This document shows, piece by piece, positions 37,821-50,200 of a stretch of DNA of 64,000 nucleotides. Location of the stretch: positions 2,353,826 through 2,417,825 of the forward strand of contig BDGG01000002.1 in assembly GCA_001949185.1 (NCBI GenBank), given 5' to 3'. The notes under the pieces were generated by a model. The model did not search any database, was not told the DNA's origin, and saw only the letters and a list, made by a program, of their open reading frames with translations. Source of the stretch: Ramazzottius varieornatus. Its lineage: Eukaryota; Animalia; Tardigrada. Made by a program: the position numbers and the translations under genes. Position 1 is the stretch's first letter; the number at the start of each line of letters is the position of its first letter.

Positions 37821-40499
37821 AATTATTTCAATTGTTGTGCTTCACTTTTGAGATCTGAATATTCCCGAAATGTCGTGTTCTAAAGCGACTTAGGCCTATC
37901 GTTCCATAAGCGAGGAATGGATGTTGGATTTTTAGCTCAAAACATATTGCACTTGAGGCGTTAAACACGAATGCGCTGATGGAAGCAGGTATTGTGATGG
38001 TTTCTGAAGCCTTGCGCGTACGTCGTCATATACGCGAAAAAACCCTTACGGGGTTAAAAAGGAAAAATATCGGGACCGGGGTTGAACGTCCCGCGTACAT
38101 TGATGCACCGCGCGTCATTCGCAAAACAAAACTGTAAGCCTCGTACTTTTCTCCGTCGTGCGACATGCACTTACAGAAACTAGAGCCCTGCAGCAGTAGC
38201 TGAAACCAGTGCTGCTTCTGCACTGCATCTGCATTTTTCTGCTGTTTTCCAAACCGCAACTGCACTGCACCGCATTTAAAAATTCAGAGTTTCTGCCTGC
38301 CAGCGGAAATACATGTCGAACACATCGAAAACGTCATTGTTTTACGGAGATTTAACCAAAAAACGGCGAAATCCAGCCAGAAAATTCAGAAAAAGCTGAT
38401 TTTACTACTGTTTTAGGGCAACAAAAGTATACTGCAACGAACGTGTTTCAAAACTGTAATTTTAGCTACCAATTATAATCTCTTCCGTTTTTGGGATTCC
38501 AATACAATCCTAATTAATATTGGAATTACCCAGCTTGAGATTCCTAATTTCAGTTGTCATATTGGAATTCAAAAATGGTCGTTTTCGGCCATTTTCAATT
38601 ATCAGTCGTAATGATCGGAGCAACACTGGGAATTCCTCGCTCCGTCTTTCCGGGAATGACAGCCTTTTGCATAAGGTATCGAAAACACTCATCTGTGCAT
38701 TTATGTGTTTTTGTATTATGAATTAATATTCTGAATTTGTATTTGTTTCAAGAGCAGAGACAGCAGACAACCTCTAAAGAGGGTTTAGCGACACGTACAT
38801 CAATATTTTGCGAACGCAAATTTTACAAAAATTACCTCCACCTGGAATTCTGTCCCTGGTAACCACACCAAGACACCTAACCCGCCCATCTATTACCAAT
38901 ACAGGCACCACGGAAAACAAAACATCAACGAAGTCGCTAGCGGATCATCGTTTCAGGTTTTTTCTTTGCTGCCCTGCTGCAAGAAACACGCGGCGGACCG
39001 GGATGATTCGTGCCCACCCATACCCTCTCCAGCTGAACGGAACTGGACTGGATGGTTGAAAGACACGAACCCCGGATAGCTCATTCGCGTACCTGATCAG
39101 CCAGATATGTAATGACGTGCACCTACACGTCCAAGCCTACGCATCTTTGTGTGGCTCCCGAGTCTGTAGACTGGCGAATCGTCCCTTATGTTGTTGAGCT
39201 GATGGGCCCTTATGCAGCTTTTCTCTCTTTATACCGTTGACTATCCCTTTCCCTTCTAGTTATTCTCTTTGCGATGGCATTATCGTTTTATCGAGACCTT
39301 TGGGCTTTGCATCGGCAGTCTGCCGAGAGTTTACCAAGTAGCATAGTCGCAGTCGTTAGTAGCCAGTCGTCTCGATGGTCTGAGACTCAAAACCAATGAA
39401 CTCGACTCAACTCAACTAGTTCGTTTCAGCCCGTAGAAGCTTGCTTGTGTGACGTAGTAAAGAAGTGAGGATTATTACTGTGATAAGTTGGGGCCAGACG
39501 GGAAGACGGCAAACTGAAAATTGAACCGTACAAAACTGCCGAAAAGTCGAAAGTACAGTACATGGCTGTTAATTCCACACGTACAGGGTGATCTTGATAA
39601 GTTGGACGGATTTCGGAAATTCGTAGTAAAATTCCTTCTGTCTCTAATCTTTTATACGTCAGCTCATTCGATAGAACACGTCTTCATCTTCGATTGTTGT
39701 GAATGTCTTTTCAACAGAACAACGATCGTTTAATTGTTAAGAGCAACGAAAAATCGTCATTTTCTCTTGTTTTTGGAAGGGTGCAAACTTTCGCCCATAA
39801 CTTTCTCAGAAGGCCCCTGAACTCAAGAAAACTGTCCAATAACGTTCTCATGATCCATGCCTATGAGCGTGCGAGATATACCAACAAAATTATTAGAAAC
39901 AAAGTTTTCGTGGTGCGTCAGAAATGATTAGTCAATTGGAAACACCCGGTACTACAAGGTACAGTTCTGCAGTGCTGAAAATTCATCCCTTCCGGTCGTC
40001 ACGCGGTCTAATAAAGTCGGTTAATGGTAACGCACGTCACGTGACCACCGGAAGGGATGAAGTCAGCACTGTAGAACGCCACCTTTTACTGTTGTTTCCA
40101 CCGCTGAAGCATTGACGGAAAACAACCAAACTCCGATGATGGCGCCATCTAAGCTCACAACTCAACCGTCTTCTCAAGTGATACACAGCCGAAATTTCTG
40201 GCAGTCTTCGAGAGCAATTCTCAACAACCCAACTGACCGATTTGACTAGGTGTAAGGATAGTTTAACAAAATTTTCCTTAGAAACAAAATAAAATCAGAG
40301 TTAATGAACCATTCATGATAAGCAAAAGTGGATGATTTTTATTTGGGCATGTTGAGGTTGTCTGATCGCATCGATGGGTAACGTCGGTACAGCTAGACTC
40401 GAGGTGGTGCACAGTCTGGATGTGATACCAAGGAGGAAGTGACGGCTCGGTACATCAGCCTTCCACCTGTTCCTCTGAGCTGCACCGGTCCCGTTAGAG

Positions 40500-41877
40500 A
40501 CCCCAAGCAAAGTCTTTGCCCAGTGTTGCAATGGAATGGGTGTCCGTCGTAGTGTCTTCGTCAGAAATAAGCTGGTGGTATCCTGTTGATATGTGAGCAG
40601 GAGAACACGAATAGTAAGTTTTATCAGGTGTGAACGACTTTTCCCCAAACAATTATTTGTTCTGAGCGTTTTGACGGCTTGTGCCGGCATGGCCGGCGTC
40701 GTGGCTGTTACATTTTGTGCGAGAATGTCTCGGTTCTTTACAGACGGAGCAAGCATGGATGTAGTCACTGGGGCAAGGTTCCTTGGTGCACTAGCCACGG
40801 TTACAACGGTCACAGTTATCGTAGTCCGAGACATGGTCTGTCAGCAAGGGCTGGTCGTGGCCCTCAGTCACGTGCAACCACGTTTTTATGTTCGTGGTCA
40901 CGTGACGTCGTAGAGCTGATCGGGCAAGTGCGATGTTTGGTGTCTGTATGGATAGTGGACCACAGTTCGAGGTTCTTAGGTTGACAAGTAGCCATAGTTC
41001 GAAGCCTTGCGTCGTAAGCCAGCCATTTGCCGACAAGGTATCCGCGATCGGGATGCGCTAGTTCGGCCATGATGTTCATGTAACTTGTCATTGGAAGAGC
41101 CAGCGCGGGGTTGACCGTGATGCGGTATGCCATGAAGATGAAGAAACACTCCACAAACTCGGCGAAGAAGAATACTCTACACCCTTTATCGGCTGATTTT
41201 ATGACCAGCTTGCCGGTCTCTGCATTGAGATTAGTGTGCCATGGGCCTTCTGTTTGCCGAAACCCCCGATACGGTTATCCTCCGTCAAGTCGCTAATTTT
41301 TATGTACTCGCGCTCGTCGAACAGCAGTTTCAAAAGGCTCTTCTTGACAGGACGCAGGTATGGTGAGTCACAGTGATTCGTAGTCAGCCTTACGGAACTT
41401 CCGAATTCCCAGGCGCTCGTGTAAGGGTGTCTTATTTGCTACGGCATCGTTGTTGAGTTCATGGGAGGAACCCTCATCGCTGCTTGGCTCGACGGTGATG
41501 GCTATGAGATCGGTCTCTGGTTTTGCGGTTGGAACTTTGTTGGAAGACCCAGAAGTTGATGGTTGAGAATTTTGGGTACTAGCGATAAGGACGGAAGTGC
41601 CTTTAGTTGATCCATCACATGGTCAAGTTGGTCTTCCTTCGTTGCACTGTAGATGGGTGTGCTAGGACCACCTCGGAGTGGACTTTGGGCGGTGGAGGTG
41701 TACTGAACCGTGAGGTAGATCCTTTACCTTTAATGCGGTGTCTCCGGTTTGATGATTTGGCTTTCTGGGTGTTACGATTGACAGGTTTGAAGTGGGTAAA
41801 TATCGTTGTTTCATTGGCGGCGGCGTTTGAGGAGAGACGTCGTTGCCGACCACGTGTCGAAACGTAGGGAGGTATGT
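40500..41877 (-). mobile_element. Ngaro/DIRS (tyrosine-recombinase retrotransposon) remnant: decayed gag and start of pol
   Basis: EREYIKISDL; YMNIMAELA..KWLAYDARLR..LWSTI; Zn knuckle CDRCNRG..C..PC..YIHACSVCKEPRHSRTKC; TPIPLQHWAKTL (pol N-terminus-like). Multiple stops and frameshifts. Confidence 0.75.
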
Positions 41878-42594
41878 TGTAAAAAAAGGGTAATAAATGT
41901 CCAGCGAGAAATGAATAATGAGAATGTATTCAAATTATTCCACGGGATATCGAGCAGCAAGAAACAGATATGGGTAACTTAATCACATCGAAAAGCAGAT
42001 ATGACAGATCATTAAGATTTCACTCAAGATGTAACTAGATCGGACGTCGTGGTCAAGCTTTGCTTCGACGCAGTGAAGGCTCGACAAAGCCTCTTGTGTT
42101 TGTTAGGCACAAACGAGATCTCTCTGGCTGTAGTATCCAGCCAGCAACTAAGAAATTGCCTGACCCGACGTCGTGGCCGAGCCTCGCATCGACGTGGATA
42201 ACCACTCAGCGTAGGCGACTGGTATTGGTCGGAAATTGATAAAATCGTGAGATGCAAAGAGCGCGAATGAAGTTGTGTATGAAGAATGTTCCGTCGAGAG
42301 AACTTCGTGAACATATTCATGCGGCACAATCTCTACCGGAAAGCAGGAGCAGTTAACAGTCGGCCATGGCGAGTAAGAGGATAGAGTTAGCGAACAAGGA
42401 AGTACATTGAGCTGACCAGCAAGAGTACGGGCATGCGGCGCACGTGTACATTGCACCGCATACACGTATCAGAACAGTCCAGGGAAAACACCATGTCCGG
42501 TCGGGTACTTACAGGAAGGGAAAACGCTTCTCATTCAAAAACATTAACCACAATTATCGCTAAAGACAATACTTTTCAAATTTCTCGTGTTCTG

Positions 42595-44272
42595 CTAGAC
42601 GGTTTTCCGCCTTGTGCTCTCTGTCGGTGGGAGGATGCCAGTGAGAAAGAAGGTACTGTTGTCCGAGCGAACGGTCCTCAGTGGATCTTTGGGATCCATA
42701 GACGGCGGAGCAAACAGAGATCCTCCAGCGAACCCAACTCGGCAACATTGTATCCATTCCACGTGCCACTGCGAACAAGAAAAGAAAATCGGTGTAAACC
42801 ATTGAATCAGTGAATTTTCGACTCGTGAAAACTGAGTTTATTACCTCGAGATCGTACTGATTCGACTTCTTTGCTATACCAGCCATGACGTAGCCGCTGG
42901 CGCAGTACGTGATGATGTGCTGTACGGAATCCTTCAGAGCAAAAAAAGCTGCTAACGTGCTTTATTAATTTATTCTTCGATTAGGATGAATCACTTTATA
43001 TTTTTCTGAATTACATAATACTCCCAGTACTGGTCGTGAGTCGGCATGTAGTAACAACTGGTGTAGTCAATGTAATATCCCGTCGGGGCTCTGCAGCATT
43101 TGTAGATGTTAGTGTCGTCCAGTCCTCTGCGACTAACGAAGAACTGCAGATCGTTGTCCCACAAGCCTGAAATATATTGCTGGAGTAGATAGCCTAAAAG
43201 CCATCACAGCCAGCATTCTGCTGACTTCAAGTGGTCGCAGACAACGACGGTGCGGCTAATGATTGCACCATCTCAAAGCGTACTCGGATAAACGCATCCG
43301 TCAAAATTTGTACCTGTTATAAAGGTGTTGATGGTCGCCAGTACGTTAACAGGGGAGAAGCAGAAGAACTGCTGTGTGTAGTTCCGAATGTGACAGCTAC
43401 ACAACAAGCATTAATGCGGTTGTTTGCCGACAATGGTTGAATTGACGCAGCCATGACAAGAAATTTTCAGCGCAGCAACGTTATCAACTGTTAAATATTT
43501 TGCAAACTTCCGGGTTTACTTTGGATAGAATGGATACAACCCGTTGGTTGGAGGCTTGTAGGGAAACCTACAGATCGCAAATGAGCAAAGCGGGTTACAT
43601 CATTTTGAATCAAAACTGTGATAGCATCGCTTACATAAACTTGCACCACAGCACTTCAATTTTCTGATAGTCGTTGACAAAGTCCCTAAATAAAACAGCC
43701 TTAGATCGTACGGAGAATTCAGACTCCAGGATGTGGACCACGAAGTGACTTTTTGTTCAGTACTTGGGTATCGGCGGGCCATTGTTACCTCATCAGCAGT
43801 TACTAAAAGCCTCTGGGGTGCCAAAACTTTAAAACCGATTACAGTCCGGTCGCTCAAAAGTGTACACATTTTTCGATTTCAGTTGGGGTTAGCCCGAAAA
43901 TTGGTATGCAGTGCAGTGCGGTGAACGTGGAGCCGGTTCGAACTGAAATCGAAAGGATAAGTACACATTTCGAGCGACCGGACTGTATTGACCAATAGCG
44001 TTATTTGGCAATGGTCCGGGTAATGGGCCGCCGAAACCCACTTACTGTATTCCAACAGCTGCTTCTCCGTCCAAGCACTCCACGTGCCATTTTCTGCAAC
44101 AAGGAATGCACAATTGCAAGGATGAATATCGACGTCACGAAGCAGTACAGCATGGTCAGTTGTTGATTGGTACCTGCCAGCTCCAGCGGGTCCACTGTTT
44201 GCGTGGAGGGTCTGTATGATCGTATCACCCGAACCATATGATAAATAAGTACCATAATAACGATTCGTCGGA
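42595..44272 (-). CDS. Uncharacterised Cys/Tyr-rich protein (5' exon unresolved)
   Basis: Eight phase-consistent GT-AG exons: 44272-44174, 44093-44046, 43685-43635, 43567-43520, 43396-43314, 43166-43015, 42931-42845, 42768-42595. They give an open frame of about 246 aa. Confidence 0.8.
43758..44047. mobile_element. MITE with CAGTA..TGGGT.TCGGCGG.CCATT TIRs, inserted at an exon/intron junction
   Basis: 43758 CAGTACTTGGGTATCGGCGGGCCATT versus the reverse complement ending at 44047, CAGTAAGTGGGTTTCGGCGGCCCATT. TA at 44048-49. A second family copy lies at 10705-10921. Confidence 0.75.
43842..43985. mobile_element. Nested 144-bp Tc1/mariner-type MITE
   Basis: TIR CAGTCCGGTCGCTC.AAA.GTGTAC..., TA TSD at 43840-41 and 43986-87. 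Removing it restores colinearity with 10801-10915. Confidence 0.85.
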
Positions 44273-44939
44273 CTGACCGTTGACAGATTAATCACGTGAA
44301 TTACAAAATCAAGCAAATATCTGAGGGATAAATGAGATCGATAGGGAGCATGAAGGTTCATCTTTCCGAACAGTATATCCTACTGACGCACTTCGGGGTG
44401 TGAATTGAAGCTTGTCGTCCGCAAGGCTGATCCACCGACCGATTACGAGTAACAATAAAGACCGGCAAGATCGTCAAAGTGGTCTTCTTCTTTACGACTG
44501 TGAGGTGCGTCGTGCATCCGAAGCGCGCTTACATTCTTTTAATGTCACGTAGTTTTGAGATAATGATGAATGATAAAGACCAATGCCACGTTTTCTGAAG
44601 AAAAGAGTGCCCGACGAACCGCAGTCACAGAGATGCGCTGTGCAGAAGTCGTAATCGTGGTCATTGTCTTCCGTGTGTCCGCCTTCCACACTGTTCAACT
44701 TAGCAGGTGGTGTGCCGATGGCAGAAAGTACCGGTTCTGATGAGCAGATGGTAAAGTGACGCTGCTTATCTTCTTGCTGTGACTTACCGCATTCGGTGAC
44801 AGTTACAGAAACTCGGTCGAGATATTGCACGGGGATCGGCGCACCCTAGGGATTGGCTTGGATATCGGTCGAGCACCGTCTCACCATCGTACCAGGCTCA
44901 GGTCGAGGTTGGCTTGTCCATTGACAACGAAGCCGCTAG

Positions 44940-44976
44940 GTGAAAGCTGAAAGCCCATTCGGCTTTCAGCTTTCAC
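44940..44976. repeat. Perfect 16-bp stem / 5-nt loop palindrome
   Basis: GTGAAAGCTGAAAGCC-CATTC-GGCTTTCAGCTTTCAC. Confidence 0.9.
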
Positions 44977-45259
44977 ACTTAAAGTATATGGCAACCTTCA
45001 GCCAGCGAAAATTCCAAAACAGAGCTTGACGCTAACAGCAAATTAAATAAGGCGAAAAAAGTTCCCAAATATTCCTACAGCTCTTCAGATCAGACAGCAA
45101 GAATTTTTGAGTTTTCTGACATTGTCCGGAAGATGGTATAATCGCCGAAATTCAAGAAACGCTAAAAATATTGTCTAGACCTGTTGTCCAGACCTTCCCC
45201 CACCGAACTTTGCTTGGGTAAGTTGGGTTTACTGGTATACATTATGACGTGTGTTGCAG

Positions 45260-46590
45260 CAAGCTTCACAGACGATTCCGGCTTCCGCTTCTTACTGACG
45301 GACCTTCTACGGAAGTATGACGGAGCCCGTATCATGGCTGGCATTCTTGACCTGGACTGTGAGTTAATCTGTACACGCGCCTGCCCTAAATGTGGGGATG
45401 GGCAGAAACGTGGGAACGGAGCGAAAGCGGTANNNNNNNNNNNNNNNNNNNNNNCCACATTTTTGTCCGTTTCCACATTTACTGTAGGGCAGGCGCGTGT
45501 ACAAGTTTCAAAGATCAGGCAGCTGTTTTATAGCCCATTGCGAAACCCGCATTTCTTGCTTGCAGTTACGCTATCTATGCCCCCGGGCCTCAGTTCCTTC
45601 CACGTAAGGGCCACTGTTCTGACCAGTGCACAGCCAGGACGGTATGTTCATTAATCCTTTCCCGCCAAATTGTGATATTAAGTTTCTGTATTTACGGCTG
45701 CCAGTCAAACTAACCAGTGTTTGCAGATTCCAGCCGACGGAATCAATATTTTCAGTGCTGGGTTGCATATGCACACTCGAGGTACTCGACGGATACCGAG
45801 ATGAGCAAAAAGAACCGGGTCCAACGTGCTATATGCACAGCCGGGTGACACCTACGTTGCGTTTCTTCTAGGGAAAAGGGGCATAGCCAGGCATTTCAGG
45901 GGATCGGAAGAAATTCTGCCTCCTATCGGCATGGACCTGAACTACGACATCAACTACCAGGGACCGAAGCCAGTTTTGCCATACTGGAAGTTCCTTCCCG
46001 TACGTCATTGACTACTTCAGGCGCTAATATATTTGTACTCCCCACATAAATTTTCTTTTCAGGGGGACCGACTGGTCGTTGAGTGTAACTTTACTACCGC
46101 AGCTGTCACGCAGCCTATATTCGTAAGAATTTTCCGGGAATGAACGTACAGATTCTCAACGGACCATAACGACCAATCCTGCTTTTTTATCAGGGTGGGG
46201 AAGGTACGATGGAAGGGATGTGTCTCGTGTTTCTGGCCTACTATCCAAAAGTCGAACTGAGTAGTTGTGGTTCCAACTTCCGTATCAAGGATCACATGGA
46301 TTTCATCGGAATGACTCCTCAGAAGTAAAAGTCGATCGGGAATGCGTTCAAAGCTGCGTAACGGAATATTGTTTTTAGGATAATCGATACGGGCATTCTT
46401 CCACCAATGCGTGTGGAAACTGCAGCCAGCCTTATCTACGATCAGTCAAACGAAAAGCATAAACAGAAATACTTGCAGTATTGAAGGACCCCGTCACGTC
46501 GTACTTTACCAGCCAGACGTGGGACGAAAAGAACGCCCAGCCTCTGGGAGATTTCTACTCTGCCAGGACGTACAGCAGCCTGTGCTTTGC
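45260..46590 (+). pseudogene. 5'-truncated, disrupted MOXD1/DBH-like monooxygenase duplicate
   Basis: Exons SFTDDSGFRF, GINIFSAGLHMHTRG, YDINYQ, GDRLVVEC and EGMCLVFLAYYPK parallel the downstream gene. Frameshift near 45610 in the CSDQCTA exon and disruptions after 46480. No DOMON or N-terminal copper exons. Confidence 0.75.
45374..45499. mobile_element. TA-flanked MITE containing an assembly gap (N-run ~45433-45454)
   Basis: CACGCGCCTGCCCTA / TAGGGCAGGCGCGTG inverted ends, TA at 45372-73 and 45500-01. Confidence 0.75.
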
Positions 46591-47226
46591 CAATGTAAGA
46601 CAAACGATGGAACAGGTTTTTCAACCAGACACAATGCTGGATATCTGTTCGTAACATCATCCGCGTCCCCGCAGTCTTTGCCGACGTGTTCTTCACAGGG
46701 TAGCATCAGTGTCATCAACAACGACAAACCACCCACGATCGCACCTTTCGTCTACCCAGCTTTGGTCAATTGCTAGTCCACGTTGGCCGCATGCTGCCGT
46801 CGAGAAATTCGATGTCAGGAACATGAAAACACGCCCTTCTGAAAGGCTTTCGACGTTGTACCGGTATAATTTTGATATGTCACCCTGCACGGTGCACGCA
46901 AAAGCATAAGAGTGCAAAAGCATGATGACACATTATTTACACCTTATGTTTTATCAGCAGAGTAATTACGCAGACTGACAGCTATTGTAACGCCACTTTA
47001 CAAAAGGTTTCAGCCGGCAAGCAGCACCCCTTGGCCGCCTTTCAAAAGGTTGTCAAACTATCTATTACTTTTTAAAAATGAAAAAGGCTTTGTTGACAAA
47101 TCAACCTTCGGGCTAGACTTTAGCCGTAACTATCGATATATCCAGGCGCGAGAAAAAATACCCTTCGACATCTTTCAGTCGACCCGTTCTCGTCAGGCCC
47201 TCGTGCGAACGATCACGCGGTAAGCT

Positions 47227-50200
47227 ATGACTCTTTACTGGCTCAGAGTCTTCCTCGTAGTTTTCGGGCTGGTCAGCCGGACACTTGCAATTGAACTGGA
47301 CAAAACACAGATACTGGGAAGCATGGCCAACCCTCAGCTCAGTCCGGCGTGCACCGGAGAACAGAGCACGAACCTCCTTCTTCAATGGGGGACCAACGAT
47401 TCTCACATCGAAGTCCAGCTGACTTATCCAACGGTCGGATGGATGGCCATGGGACTCTCACCTGATGGTGGCATGAACGACTCGGATGTTCTTTGGGGTT
47501 ATGTCAACGATACCACCAACGCAGTCATCATCCAGGTACACAACATGCGGTACAGTAGTCTTTTCGTACTTTTGAGCTTCTACGTTATGGAAGAATCGGT
47601 TTTTTTCTGTTCAGGACCGTTACTTAGTGGCCAACTTGGACACAATGACAGTGAAACTGGTGCCGGACACACAACAGGACTGGCGAGCTGTGACTGGTAA
47701 CAAGAATGCCACGCATACGGTTCTTCGAGCTGGGCGGAAATTGGTCACCGGTGATACTCTTCAGGACAGACCGTTCACTGTAGGTTTCCCTTACGACAAC
47801 GCTGTTAATCAAACTTGTGGAAATTAAAACTGAATGCGATGATTTCCACAGAATATGGCGCAGCCAGTCATATTTTCCTTCAGTCGGAAGCCACCAAATC
47901 CCGACAGTGTCCATATCAAGAAGCACGACTTTGCTAGCTGGACCCGAGTCACGTTCCTTCAAGATAAACCTGCGGCAGCAGCTGCAGCCATCAGACTCAA
48001 TCGAATGCAGCACTTGTCGTCCGAACTGGGAGATCGCGGTCCATGTGTGGAGTGGGGAACCAACAGCACGCACATCGAGGTACAACTGACGTACCCCACG
48101 CTTGGCTGGATGGCATTCGGTCTTTCTCCGAACGGCGGCATGAACAATGCCGATGTACTGTGGGGATACGTCAACGATACAAGCAACGAAGTCGTCATCC
48201 AGGTAGGCTGAGCTGATGTTAGGAAACTTCCTATCGGATAACATTGATAGACCAGCGAACAAAATGTACAAGATCAGCTCATCGAGTGGCGCACGTTCCC
48301 AGCCAATAACAATCAAAGGTGCGTCACTGAGGATAACGATATTGTACATCAGTTTTGTTTGCCAGCCTCCAAATAACCATCAGCAAAGTACGAAATAAGG
48401 AACTAATTAATGTTTCTCAGGATCGATTCTTGACAGTCAAAATGGACCAGACACCGCCCGTTCAGCTTCGTCTGGACGATCAACAGGACTGGATAGCCAT
48501 TGGCGGAAGTAAGAACTTATCTCATACGGTTCTTCGAGCTGCTCGTCAACTTGCGACTGGCGACAGTATGGATAGGCCTTTCACGGTGAGAATGTTCGGA
48601 TATCGGTATCCGTCAGGGTAGGGTGAACGTGTTTTTCTGAATCATAGAATTCTGATCAGCCAGTTATCTTTTCGTTCCACAACAATACTCCCGAGTTTTT
48701 CAACGGACCGTTTAAAAAGCACAGCTTCAGAGGCGCGACTTCGGTGAACTTCCTGAAAACCTCTGAAGTAACTGCAGTCGACGAGCCGGGTTTCGTTCTC
48801 ATCCAAAGGCATGGCTCACAGAAGATAGTCCTCAACCAGACCAAGGAACTAGTGGATCTGTTGAGCGATGTGGGCAGCCCAAAAAACCCGACGATTGAAT
48901 GGGGCACCAACGACACCCACATCGAAATGCAGTTGACATATCCGACTAGAGGGTGGTTGGCTTTGGGTCTATCACCTGACGGCGGTATGGACGGAGCAGA
49001 TGTTTTGTTCGGATACATCAACGATACCACCAATGAGGTGGTCCTTCAGGTACAGTTCGTTCGGAAATTTCCTTACATAAGTACATTTTCCAGAGAAATT
49101 TCGCGTTTTCCAGGATCGGTCTTTGATGGCCAGTTTGGAAGAGATGATGGTGAAACTAACCTTGGACAAAATACAGAACTGGAAAGTTGTCGGCGGAAGT
49201 AAGAACGCGACCCACACGGTGCTGAGGGCGTGCCGGATGCTCAGAACCGGGCCTTTCACGGTTCGTTGCGTACAGCACCGTGAAGTGTTTCCTTGCTAGA
49301 AAGTGCATTGTGCTTTCAGGGAGAGGACCAGTTTGTCATATTTTCGTATAATCGAGAAACTCCTGACAGTATGGATGGACCAATCCAGAAACACCATTTC
49401 AGGGGTGTGGTCACGATGAATTTTTTGAACACGACGCCACCCGTTCCGAAGACTCTCGCGTATAAGGAAATTCCTAGCCTGAACACAGAAGTTACCAAAC
49501 AGCTCGACTTTCTGATGGACAACGTAGGTCGACGACTCATAATCCAGTACTGTAAGAGTGTTTTGACCCTGTTCGAACGAGCCTCCGATCCAATATACTG
49601 ACCATATAACTTCTGGGATCAGTCCTGATTCGCTACAGAGCATCTTGGGTGCATTTTGGGTTCAGTAAAGGTTCATATATGCGACATATATGTCTATGCA
49701 ACATGAATATTACATACAGGAACCATACATGAACCCGTTATGTGATAGTCATGTTGCATAGACATACGTCTATGCACTCTCGTTTTAATTCCACAGAGAA
49801 CTATCGAAGGAAATGCAGACACGAACTACTACTGCAAAATGATTCCAATTCCGCTACTTGATAAGAAGTATCACACAATCGCGGTAAGAACTTTTAGTAT
49901 CTGTCACTGGTATTACAGTACGGTGCACTGTCCTCTTTATGAAAGTTCGCTCATGCGAATGATCTGGTGGAAAGAGAGAACGATTTCAATTTTCTTTGTT
50001 TTGTTCTACTGTAGACGCAACCTGTTGTCAATACAAACAATACCAAGTTCATCCATCACATGCTGATGTATGCTTGTGCCAGCAAGCTACCTGAAGAAAT
50101 CACCAAAGTGACGTTCTTTGACTGCGGTCCCACGCACCCAGACTACGTCATGCAGCACTGCCAAAACCTGTTGGGTGCTTGGGCAATGGGCTCTAAGGTA

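Noticed and set aside
43755-43805. Hammerhead ribozyme-like CTGATGA...GA(T)AC..GTA on the minus strand (also near 10805)
   Set aside because: The GAAA core is mutated, stem I cannot pair and the second copy lacks the core. It is better explained as MITE sequence.
44001-44255. ORF with hydrophobic stretches resembling GPCR TM5-TM6
   Set aside because: It spans an intron and is out of frame with the phase-consistent spliced orphan gene.
44936-44976. Helitron 3' end (hairpin plus CTAG)
   Set aside because: CTAG abuts the hairpin without the usual spacer, and there is no A/T target or identifiable TC 5' end.
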